Assembly (NCBI GenBank): GCA_046563655.1
Contig: CM102288.1
Coordinates: 3,162,001 to 3,226,000 of the forward strand
DNA length: 64,000 nucleotides
DNA from: Yuukianura sp. NJ FZ-2021
Lineage: Eukaryota
Direction of reading: 5' to 3'
Below the pieces are notes generated by a model. It was not told the DNA's origin, made no database searches, and saw only the letters and a program-made list of their open reading frames with translations. The position numbers and the translations under genes are program-made. This document shows, in pieces, positions 13,140 to 22,869 of this stretch; within the stretch, counting starts at the first letter, position 1, and the number at the start of each line of letters is the position of its first letter.

Positions 13140-16100
13140 TTACAGCACATAGTCCAACTCGAATCGTCTGAATTCATTCTTGGCTTCACTTGGAACTCTG
13201 GGATACCCCATGACCAACGCATCCTGTCCACCAATGTACAACGAATTGTAAATTTTCCAGTACACATCTCGCACTTTCCGTGCTGGATGAAACAGACCCT
13301 GAAAAAACAAAGAAACAAAACAATTATTGATTCACGCTTGACATAACATCTCCCACTTCCCATAAAAAATCGAGAAAAACAGACCTTCAAATCCTGGACA
13401 TATGCGTGACTAATTGTTATTTGTTAGATGCATGACTAATTGTAGAAACTAAAAAAAATCCATACCTGTAACGTATACTGAAGGACTTTGACCGGCCCAA
13501 GTGAAACTCTCATTCCTTCTACAGCATCCATGAATGCCTGAACCAAATGTGGCGACGTCTCGAAGATATTTGGCCAAACATAGTTCAGTAGATGAACCAA
13601 AGCATCCTCACATCCAAATCCATACACTCCCAGCGCCATGTGCTTGATCGCTGCACAAGATGTTTGTCTATGGACAAGGTCACGGTCCATGAGAGCATCT
13701 TCCAGAAGTGGCGTGACAGCATAGATGTAGTCCTTCCCCATTTCGCCAATGTACTCAAACAGAAACGACAGCGATTTCAGTACTCCATTCTGAACATTCA
13801 ATTCTGGAACTCTGTATTCGTTCATAAGAGCCGGAAGGACCGTAAAAGGTGAACAAGTTTCAGCCACAATTGCAATGGCCACAGTAGTACAAACGCGGTT
13901 TTGACGTTCCTGGACTTTCAAGTTGTTCAAAAGTGTTGCCAGTACATCATGTGGTCCAATTGCTTTTGCAATGTATCCAAACGTATTGACTGTTGCTCTT
14001 CGAATGGCTTTCTTATGTGCTTTGAGTAATTCCAGCAGCTCAAAGCAAATTCGCATCCACTCACGTGCTGAAACATACTCCGGTCCACGATCGGCAATTC
14101 GCCCTACAAGATCAATACAGTTCTCTTGAACCTTCTCATGTCGATTCTTCAGAATTGGAGTGAGACGGGGCAGGAGGTCTTTGATTGGTGGAGTCATCTT
14201 GGTCATTCCAATGACATTGACAATGGCCTTCAGGGCTCCAAGGATACTTCCAAGTACTTCGGGATACTCTTCTCCCAAGTACTCATACAGAACGACTCCC
14301 AAGTGACCCATCAACTTCTCCTCTTGACAAATCTTCATCACTGCAGCGATTTTGGAAATGAGGTCAGCCGCTTGTTGCCGAACTTTGGCTGCTTTGTTGT
14401 TCAAACGCCACAGAATTGTTCCACAGATCTGTGGTAGGTAAGCCTTGACTCGCTTGCCCAGCTGATTGACAATAGTGCCAAATCCATTGAGCAGAACGAT
14501 ATCCTGTAAGATAACAAACTTAATCAATTAGTTCTCACAATTAACAAATTAGTTGTCACGATTAAGCAATTTTGAAGTTAAATTTTTTAAATCGGGAATT
14601 AAAAACGTACCTCTGTCGTTTGTTCCTGAAAAGCATACAGAATTCCATCGATCAGCTGTTCTTCCAACCGTGAATCAATATCCGCTGCTCCTAAATTTCC
14701 CATAGTTTTTTCAATCGTTTCGACGACCATTTTCCGGTAAGTTTCGTTTTCATCTTTCAAATCATCCACCACTCTATTGATAATTTCCGAAACTCCAACT
14801 TTATTTGCAATTTCCACTGTTGTGTCCACAAGTTGTCGGTAGTTCCTCTTGTCCAGAGCCATTCGATGATTCCAAAAGTGTCGAAAGAAGTGCGGCAGGA
14901 TTTCATCCTTGATGTACTGCGGTTCTACTCCATCAGTTGCACAACACTGCTTCACAACTTTCAGAACAATTTTCTTCATCTCTTCATCAGGAGACTGAAA
15001 CTCTCGAATCAGGATCAACATAACTTCCTTCGTGTAGTAACTCGCATATTCAGCATCCATAAGTGGAATCAAGTATCCAATGGCTTTTAAAAATGCTGCC
15101 AACCCTTTACCACGATGTGACCGAATTCCCTTCCATAGTGGTTTGAGAACAGAATCGAAACTTTCAATTCCATAAGGAGTAGCGGCTTCCGCGAGAGCAG
15201 CAATTGCCAAAGCAGTGATCGTTCTTACTTTTTGCTGCTCGTCGACCAATCCATGTTCGATAATTTCCACCAAGCTCTTTAAATGTGGTAAAATTGCACA
15301 CCCCATCAAAATTGAAATTTGTTGAACAATTTTGATTCCAGTATGTCTTGCTTGCCATGACTTTTTACTTTTACATACAGCTTTGAGAAATGGTAGTAGA
15401 GATGGAATTCCAAGTGCAGAAGCGACGACAGCAAATGCTCGAGCAGTCGTATTTCGAACGAATTCGTCAATATTGTCAATATCCGGTCTCATCGTGGAAA
15501 TCATTGTAGCAAGTCCAGCAGCCTTGGCCAAGTTTGAAATAATTTCACGACCTTCGACACGAGCATAGTAGTCTTCATCAATCAGTAGAGGTTCAATAAC
15601 AACAAGGATTTTGTGTACATAAGGCCTAACCAGGTCGTCCAACTTGTACAGAACGCGGTCAATGACCTTGACCAGAAGATGACGTTCTTGATCTTCCAGT
15701 GTAGGCGACATGAGGAGCGGCAGAATTTGATTAAAAAGTGGTCCAGCTCCAAACTCCCTTGCCTTGTCAGTAATTTGCCGAAGTGCTGATTTTCGCATTG
15801 GTGGCGTTCCGTTCTTGATTTTCAACAAAAGTTTCATAATTTTTCGTTCTCGTTGTTCTTCAGGACTCAGTGATTCTTCATCAACATCCAGCAGCAATTT
15901 ATCAAAGTACTGGGCGTCTTCTGGTTTTAAAAAAGGAAGATTGGCTTCTTTCGGTTGTGTTTCCATGAACTTTCCAGCCTTTTCTTCCTGTTGAATAAAG
16001 AATCCCTGGGGAGTTCCAGCAATTGGTGTTGGAGTGGCTGCTAATTTCCGAGCTGGTGTCCGGATTGGAATGTAGCCAGCAGGCGGTGGCAACACTTTGT

Positions 16101-18817
16101 AGCCTGGTGGAAACATTTGATCCAGTTCATCGTCAGCCAACGGACGATTCCTATCATCAATTTCTTTTTCCCAGCGATAGGCCTGTAGTTGCTCTGGAGT
16201 CATCTGCAGCAGTTGACTTGGAGAAGGAGTGGCCATGGCCATTGCTTTAGCTCCTATAGGCGTTGATCCTCCAGGGGTCATCAACATGCTCATACTTGGC
16301 GTATGAGGAGTCATGCTTGGTGTGGCTGGAGTTGATGGTGTCATGGCCACTGCTGGCGTTTCATCCCAACGACTTTTGCGCTTACTGGCTGATGGAGTAG
16401 GCGTATCTTGGATAATATCAACTTCAGTTCTATGAACTTTCGGAGTTTCAGCCCATCCACTGTTATGTCCCGGCGTTTCTCGTTCAGTTTTAGGAGTTTC
16501 ATCCCAACGATTTCTTCTAGCGGATGCTCCAATGTGTCCAGGAGTGGCATGGCCTGGTGTCATGGCATGTGCTGGAGTGGGATCCCATTGTTGAAAGCCA
16601 GGAGTTACTCCTGGAGTTTCACTTCCAAGCGGTTTGTGTCCAGGCGTTTCATCCCAACCAGTGTGGCCTGGAGTCTGAAACAGACAAAGAAACATTAACA
16701 ATTAACATTATGTAGTTAGAAAAACTGTCAGTATAATTACTGCTTCCAACTCACTTCAGCATCCCAAGAAGGCTTCTTTTTCGCTGGAGCCAAATTTTCA
16801 TCAGCTGTCGGCTGCTGTTGATCCCATCGACCGCGCTTCTTCGTGGCTGCTGCAACGGCGGCCGTTTGCTCACCGTTTGTAATAGCAGCTTTCAGCGTTC
16901 CATCTTTGGATTTCTCAACCAGTCTCCGCCGAAACTGCATTGCATAAAAACGTTAGTCAAAATTACATTAATGGCACAGAATTGTTAGAAGCCTTGGCAA
17001 ATTGACTTACGTCACTTTCTTGTGATCGGAGTTGCTGTTCACGCATAACATCCACGTAAGTCCGGGCTCCGACATCCGGGGTTTTCCCACCTTTTTGGAA
17101 CAAAAAATAAAAAGAACAAATTAGAAACGCTGAACTTTGTCTTTATAATGCCTAATCTCAAAACTAAAAAAATCAGCTCCTGAAGCATCATCTCGACAGT
17201 CGACTATTCCTGAAAACGTTACCCGCGTCTTCCAATTCTGTCACTAAGCAAGTTAGTTTTTTTTTAACGTGGAAAAGTTTGAACTTTAGATTGAAAAAAT
17301 GACAAAATTGGAAGAATTTTGTCCCGTATCGGTCATCCTTCCAATCAGTTGCTGGGTATTGTCTAGAAATCATTTGCGATTAGTAAGATTCGTGTAATCA
17401 TTCATACGATCTTTCATTCAAGTGAAGGTATAGAGATTTCAAAATCCATTGTTTACGCAGAAAAGTTCTCTGTTCTATTGAAAACGGTTAAAATTAACGG
17501 CGAAAAGGTGAAATTTCTCGAGAGTAACGCAAGATTTTGAAATCTTTCTTTACATTTTGAAAATTTGAAAAATCGCTGATCCGTGGGCTGAACTACGGCG
17601 AGGACATTGTAGCTTCCCATGAGTTCGTGGACTCTTACCTTCGTAGATGAGAGTAAGACAGCATAACGATTTAGCCTCTCATCCTATCATCATCGCAATC
17701 CCATCTAAAAGATCAGCTCAGCAGTTTCTCTACATTTCATTTTCACAAATCTGAAAAGGAGGGTCAGATTGGCTTTTAGAATCAAAGACAGAGTGGAAAC
17801 ATTGGTGATGACAGTGGGCCCTTACAACGAAATACCCCGACAGACTCAATCCACTTACATTGGCACTTCCGCAGCCATGGCCACTTAGGTTGTCGATCCA
17901 CATTGCAAGGAAACCTAGTGGGAGTGGTTCCTTATGAATCATTTCCTATTCAATTAGCTGTCAAAAGTGGTCAGTAGTAAACATTCGCTGACCAGCTCCA
18001 GCTGATTGACATAACACGTATACCACAATCACACATTCCAAACACACACAATTCATAAACCCATCATCATAACTTTTAAAAAACTACCAAGACATTTGTA
18101 CCGATTTTGCGTAGGTTTGAACTTACCGTCAAGAAATTCGTCAAATCTTTCGGGCGAAATGACCCGCTTTTGTGCTCTTTGAAGGTATTCATTTCCGGAC
18201 TGTCGTTCCATAATCGTCTGCCTCTTGTGCTCCGCAAATGGATCATGATCCTTGTCGGCCTGTTGAAATATAATGTAAATGGGATAAATAAAAGTTCCTA
18301 GTTTAATAGAGCTAAATCTTTTGTAGTACCTGAGGGATATCGTTGAGTATTGAAAGCGGTGCTGAATAATTTTTGCCTTTGACCGGTCCGACAGGAGCAG
18401 CATCAACATCATCCTCCTAATAAAGTAAGTAAAATAATTCATATTAACTTTACTTACACAAACACCACACCCAATTCAATTAAATTAGTACTAATAGTAA
18501 GTTGTTAAGTTGGTCTTACGTACCTCAACGTCATCATTTGGAGCAATTGTGGTGTAGTATCCGTCAAACTTGCTGTTAGATCCATAAATATCCAGGTCAA
18601 ACTTTCCCTTCTCATTGAATCCGATTCTGTTTTCTTCAGGAACGTCCAACTCTTGTTTCTTTTTTCCTTGCATCTGGGTCGCCAGTGCCTCGATTTCTAG
18701 GAATAAGAGCCGATTAATAAGAATGACGTTTTTACTGTACTGTCACACTTAACTTTTGAAAGTATTGAGCTGAAGCTGACTGAACTTACCTTCCTTAGTT
18801 TTAGGAGCCCCTGCCAT
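13140..18817 (-). CDS. SF3B1: Splicing factor 3B subunit 1 (SAP155), multi-exon
   Basis: [22 protein letters not shown] start, RWDETP ULM repeats, many TP sites, [12 protein letters not shown] p14-binding region, HEAT repeats ([49 protein letters not shown]), and the C-terminus [18 protein letters not shown]...RFELDYVL*. Confidence 0.99.
17223..17237 (-). other. Candidate 15-nt in-frame micro-exon, or stop-containing extended exon, in the long SF3B1 intron
   Basis: ACTAAC branch motif, then ttgcttagtgacag|AATTGGAAGACGCGG|gtaacg. It adds ELEDA in frame, or reads on to [16 protein letters not shown] if the donor is missed. Confidence 0.45.
17639..17704 (-). other. Candidate 66-nt poison exon in the long SF3B1 intron
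   Basis: gctgatcttttag|ATGGGATTGCGATGATGATAGGATGA...CGAAG|gtaagag has a near-consensus donor. In the incoming phase 1 it reads DGIAMMIG*. A second acceptor (ctgaccctccttttcag|17750) gives DL*. Confidence 0.7.
17859..17957 (-). other. Candidate 99-nt poison exon in the long SF3B1 intron
   Basis: tactgac branch motif, cacttttgacag|CTAATTGA...GCCAAT|gtaagt. In phase 1 it reads A-N-stop. An alternative donor gtaagg lies at about 17825. Confidence 0.65.
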
Positions 18818-19588
18818 CCTGAAGTCACGAATCTGACAAAACGAAACGTTCGCAAAATTAAGTTTAAAACTGTGAAATGTGAATTGATCAAGTGTTTTAA
18901 CCATTCGGACGGTACCTTATTTGCCAAAAGCAGCTGTTTTGTTTGATGTTGTGGTAAAAGAAATGTGAAAGAGAACCGTTTACTAACCACCGACCGGACG
19001 TAGATCGATCACCCAACGTAGCGTTAACAGGTAAGGTTACAATCCAATTCCAACTCCACTAACTTACTTAAGCATTTAAATCCAAGCTTCTTAAAATTAA
19101 CTAGCGAAACCAATCGTAATCCGTGCCGATTTCACTTTACGAAAAATTGGCAAACAAAAATAAGTCGGAATTCGAAAAATCGAAGTCGTGAGAGGGGAAG
19201 GGGCTTGGGTCGGGTGGGGTGCGGTGCTTCAAGGCGTGTGAAATAGTAGTAATGGGCAAACGAAGCCAACGTCAAATTAAAATTTACTAGAAAAATTTCG
19301 GAAAGATGAAAGATAGTTTTAACTGAATTAGTACTACTACAAACAAGTTTTAACTTTAAAAATTTATTTTGAGTTCTGCATCTGCTATCCCAAATTAAGT
19401 TGGAATCATAAAAGTAGTAGAATTAATTTGTAAGTTAGTACATAACAACATTTATAAAGTTCTCAAAACTACTGCTATCGTTACTTCGCTACTCAGCATT
19501 TGAGTAACTCTACGTAACTAATTCTGATGTTCTTAACTAACTTACTATGCTGAAATGCTGATCGTCAGTGTTAATGCTAGATGAGGAT

Positions 19589-20647
19589 TTAGGTGTCAAT
19601 GGTTGTGGTGGGGCTAGTTGATTGTTCAGCATCACCATCAGCAGCGATTGACGATTCTGCTTGTTCTGCAACGACTCCAGACCCGTCTTCTTCTCGAGCT
19701 GCAGGCGTTTCTCGTCCCCCGCCGTCACTTTGGTCGCCATCTTCATCCTCCGAATCCTTGAGCTGCTTGGCTTTTTGCAACTTTCTTCCCTGTTCCAATT
19801 CCAAATCGCTTCCGTCATCTGAAGAATACGTGTGTCCGGATGTACCACCACCTTTCTTGTATCGGTTTTTAATTGCTGCAAGGCTGATGGAATTGCCATC
19901 TTCGGAGTACTCGTCATTCAAGTAGGACGCACTCAATATGCCCTTAGCTCCTTGTTCTCGAATGCGTCGCTGCTGATTTTCTCTACGCGTTGCAGCCCTG
20001 TGCTTGTCTTCTTCTTTCTTGATCAAAGCTCGACGTAGAGCAATCGGATCCATTCCACCAGCCGAAAAAGGATTAAAGATGAACTTGATTCCACGCACTT
20101 TTGAATTTTGATCGACGATGGACTTGGTCATCCTCTGATGAGTGACGGATTCAGTCGACTGTGGGCGGAACGTCAACTTGGAACGAAAGACAGCTTGACC
20201 TTGGAGACCCATGCCTTCTTTCACGAACAAATGGTTGTGGTCATCATGAAGTGACTGTTTCTCGACATCGAATACTTCGTCACCGAGATGAAGACTTAGA
20301 GAACCGTCGGACCATCTGACGAAGCGAGCATTGGATTCCTTAACGAAGGCCCCCTTCTCATTGAAACGCTCACGCCAGCGAATGGTATTCTGTACTTTGA
20401 GTTTCAGTTTTTGATTTCCCTCGTCATCCAGAATTTCTTCATCGTCAATTTCATCTTCGTAAGTCTGAGGGTCAAATGGACGAGTGTCTACAGACAAGAA
20501 GTTCGGTAATTTGACGAAATGGATTCCTCTCCCTAGATCCACCGAAATTTTGGGAACTTCCACACCAATACGAGTTTCCTCTTCTTGTTTTACGGGTTCA
20601 GCCGGTGGTTCGTGGATGTCGTTGGGACTTTCCATGTTCACCGACAT
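19589..20647 (-). CDS. LEO1: RNA polymerase-associated protein LEO1 homolog (PAF1 complex); intronless CDS lacking the usual long acidic N-terminus
   Basis: Leo1 domain FVKLPNFLSVDTRPFDPQTYEDEIDDEEILDDEG..KLKVQNTIRWR..ESNARFVRWSDGSLSLHLGDEVFDV..DHNHLF..GLQGQAVFRSKLTFRPQSTES.TH, plus ISLAAIKNRYK. The first in-frame ATG is at 20647, just after an acceptor at 20659. Confidence 0.92.
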   Translation of the reverse strand: MSVNMESPNDIHEPPAEPVKQEEETRIGVEVPKISVDLGRGIHFVKLPNFLSVDTRPFDPQTYEDEIDDEEILDDEGNQKLKLKVQNTIRWRERFNEKGAFVKESNARFVRWSDGSLSLHLGDEVFDVEKQSLHDDHNHLFVKEGMGLQGQAVFRSKLTFRPQSTESVTHQRMTKSIVDQNSKVRGIKFIFNPFSAGGMDPIALRRALIKKEEDKHRAATRRENQQRRIREQGAKGILSASYLNDEYSEDGNSISLAAIKNRYKKGGGTSGHTYSSDDGSDLELEQGRKLQKAKQLKDSEDEDGDQSDGGGRETPAAREEDGSGVVAEQAESSIAADGDAEQSTSPTTTIDT

Positions 20648-21377
20648 GAGTACTGGTTCTATAGTTAAAAATCCGTTAGTCAATCCGGTCACAGGTCAAT
20701 GTCAAAGATACGAAACAGAAACCGGATACCGGAAGGAAGGAACGTGGTATGCCAGTCTCGCGAATTTGCCGCGCAGAACGTTGGAGCAGACGAGCTGTGA
20801 CAAAGGTAACATGCCAATCAGCAAGCTTTGTGATAACATTACTTACATTATGATAAATTCAATCAAATTCCTGTAATGGAATGCAAAGTTTAATTATTTG
20901 TTAATTGTTAAACATCAATTATTCAAGTCAATAATTCTTTAAGTTTATATGTAATTAACTTATAACTGTTAGTGAATTGTGATGACCATCACTGCATCAT
21001 TTTCTGAGCATGGGTGACACTAGGCTATAGAGTAACTTTTATAGAGTCTAACCGAGTCATGTGTTTACCCGCGAAGTTGCATCATTTCAACATTCGGTTC
21101 TTTTTTTTTGTGAGTGAGTGAGTGTGCTTTTTTTATTCTGTTCGATTACACCGCCTTTTATGCTGCTGAAGTTAGTTGGTGAGTTCTTGATTAATTGCTA
21201 ATTGATTTAGATTGCGGGAGGAGTAAAGGTAATGTAAATTGATTCTGACATTATCCTGCATGGTGTGTTACACATGTACTTTGGCTGATTGATAAACTTG
21301 ACTGATTTGTTTTCAGAATTCAGAGTTGAAAGTTCTCATATCAATCAAGGAAATTTCATTGACCCGACGGAAGGAAA

Positions 21378-22869
21378 ATGGCACAAAGTAAGCTAAATGA
21401 CCTCGCTGGAAAGTTCGGAGGGGGCCGGGGACTGGGCATAGGTCTCAAGTTTGCTGCTGTTGCTGGAGCTGCACTTTACGGAATCAGTCAATCGATGTAC
21501 ACAGGCGAGTAGATTTGTTATAATTGTTCCCTGAATGATAAAGAAGAAGTTGGTTGATCATGGTTTTGTTTTGTTTAATTAGTTGAGGGAGGTCAACGAG
21601 CTATCATCTTCAGTAGGATCGGTGGTGTTCAGGATGATATCTACACAGAAGGACTTCATTTCCGAATACCGTGGTTTCAGTATCCTATTATCTATGACAT
21701 CCGTTCTCGTCCAAGGAAGATTTCTTCACCTACAGGAAGCAAAGACTTGCAAATGGTGAACATTTCTCTTCGAGTTCTTTCCAGGCCAGACGCTCTGCAG
21801 TTACCAACAGTTTACCGTCAACTTGGACCAGACTATGACGAAAAAGTGTTGCCTTCCATTTGTAACGAAGTGCTCAAAAGTGTCGTTGCAAAGTTCAATG
21901 CCTCTCAACTTATTACCCAAAGACAACAGGTACTATTCAATTACTTTATAGTTACGTTATACTCTGTTGTTTTTGTCTTACTAAACAGTATCATTTCTAG
22001 GTGTCACTTCTAGTTCGTCGTCAATTGACAGAACGAGCTCGTGACTTTAACATGATCCTCGATGATGTGTCCATTACTGAACTCAGTTTTGGTAAAGAGT
22101 ACACCGCAGCTGTTGAAGCCAAGCAAGTTGCACAGCAGGAAGCTCAGCGAGCTGCTTTTGTCGTTGATCGTGCAATTCAGGAAAAGCAACAGAAGATTGT
22201 ACACGCTGAGGGAGAAGCCCAGGCTGCAAAAATGGTAATTCCAAAGTCAATTAATTAACTTTAACTATTTCTTTCGTTGATATGATGAGAAACCAGAACT
22301 GACTGCCCGGTTACCTCCCAATGTAAATCTTGATGAGGAGAAACAGATTAACCTTTCCTCATTTTAAATGCAGTGGAATATGAAATCGAAGGGTGAACTA
22401 TTGGTCAACTTCTGTTACTCAGAAAATTTACTTTTATTTCACCTGACCGCTATCAGATTGATCATCAATCACCGATGTTCTGCAGTTTTAGAACAATTTG
22501 GTTCGTATAGCGGTAACATCTCTTTTTTTTTTTAAACACGGTAGAGGTAATTGGGCTAAGATGGCGTTCTTTAGTAATCTGATCACAATCTGAACTGAAA
22601 GTGATTTTTTTCCGAATCAGTTTCTCTATTTAAATCGTTTTCCGTGATTTTTGTAATTGTAGTTGGGAGAGGCACTTAGCACGAATCCTGGTTACTTAAA
22701 ATTGAGGAAGATTCGAGCAGCACAAGGCATTGCCCGAACAGTTTCTCAGTCGCAGAACAAGTTGTACTTGAGTGGCAACACTTTGATGCTGAACATCAAC
22801 GATACTGAGTTTGATGAAACTATGGAGCGACTCGGTGGAGATCCAAGAAAGAAGAAAGCACATTTCTAG
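21378..22869 (+). CDS. PHB2: Prohibitin-2, 4 coding exons, first coding intron GC-AG
   Basis: [24 protein letters not shown]..., [105 protein letters not shown]. Confidence 0.99.
22277..22587 (+). ncRNA. U85-type composite box C/D-H/ACA scaRNA guiding U5 snRNA modification, in the last PHB2 intron
   Basis: C box ATGATGA 22282-88; D' CTGA 22299-302; a 13-bp stem gcccggttacctc/gaggtaattgggc enclosing the H/ACA domain; a hairpin followed by H box ATATGA 22378-83; hairpin accgctat/atagcggt followed by ACA 22516-18; TCTTTAGTAA (antisense to U5 UUACUAAAGA) then D box CTGA 22579-82. Confidence 0.9.

Noticed and set aside
13299..13463. H/ACA snoRNA in the last SF3B1 intron (tcacgc/gcgtga stem)
   Set aside because: A single loose hairpin with no correctly placed H and ACA boxes.
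13592..16715. Plus-strand ORFs antisense to SF3B1, and similar shadow ORFs opposite other genes
   Set aside because: Expected antisense shadows of coding exons, with no independent support.
17170..17250. Box C/D snoRNA in the SF3B1 intron (ATGATG...CTGA on the minus strand)
   Set aside because: The boxes are only about 10 nt apart, with no proper 5' C box or terminal stem. A cryptic exon explains it better.
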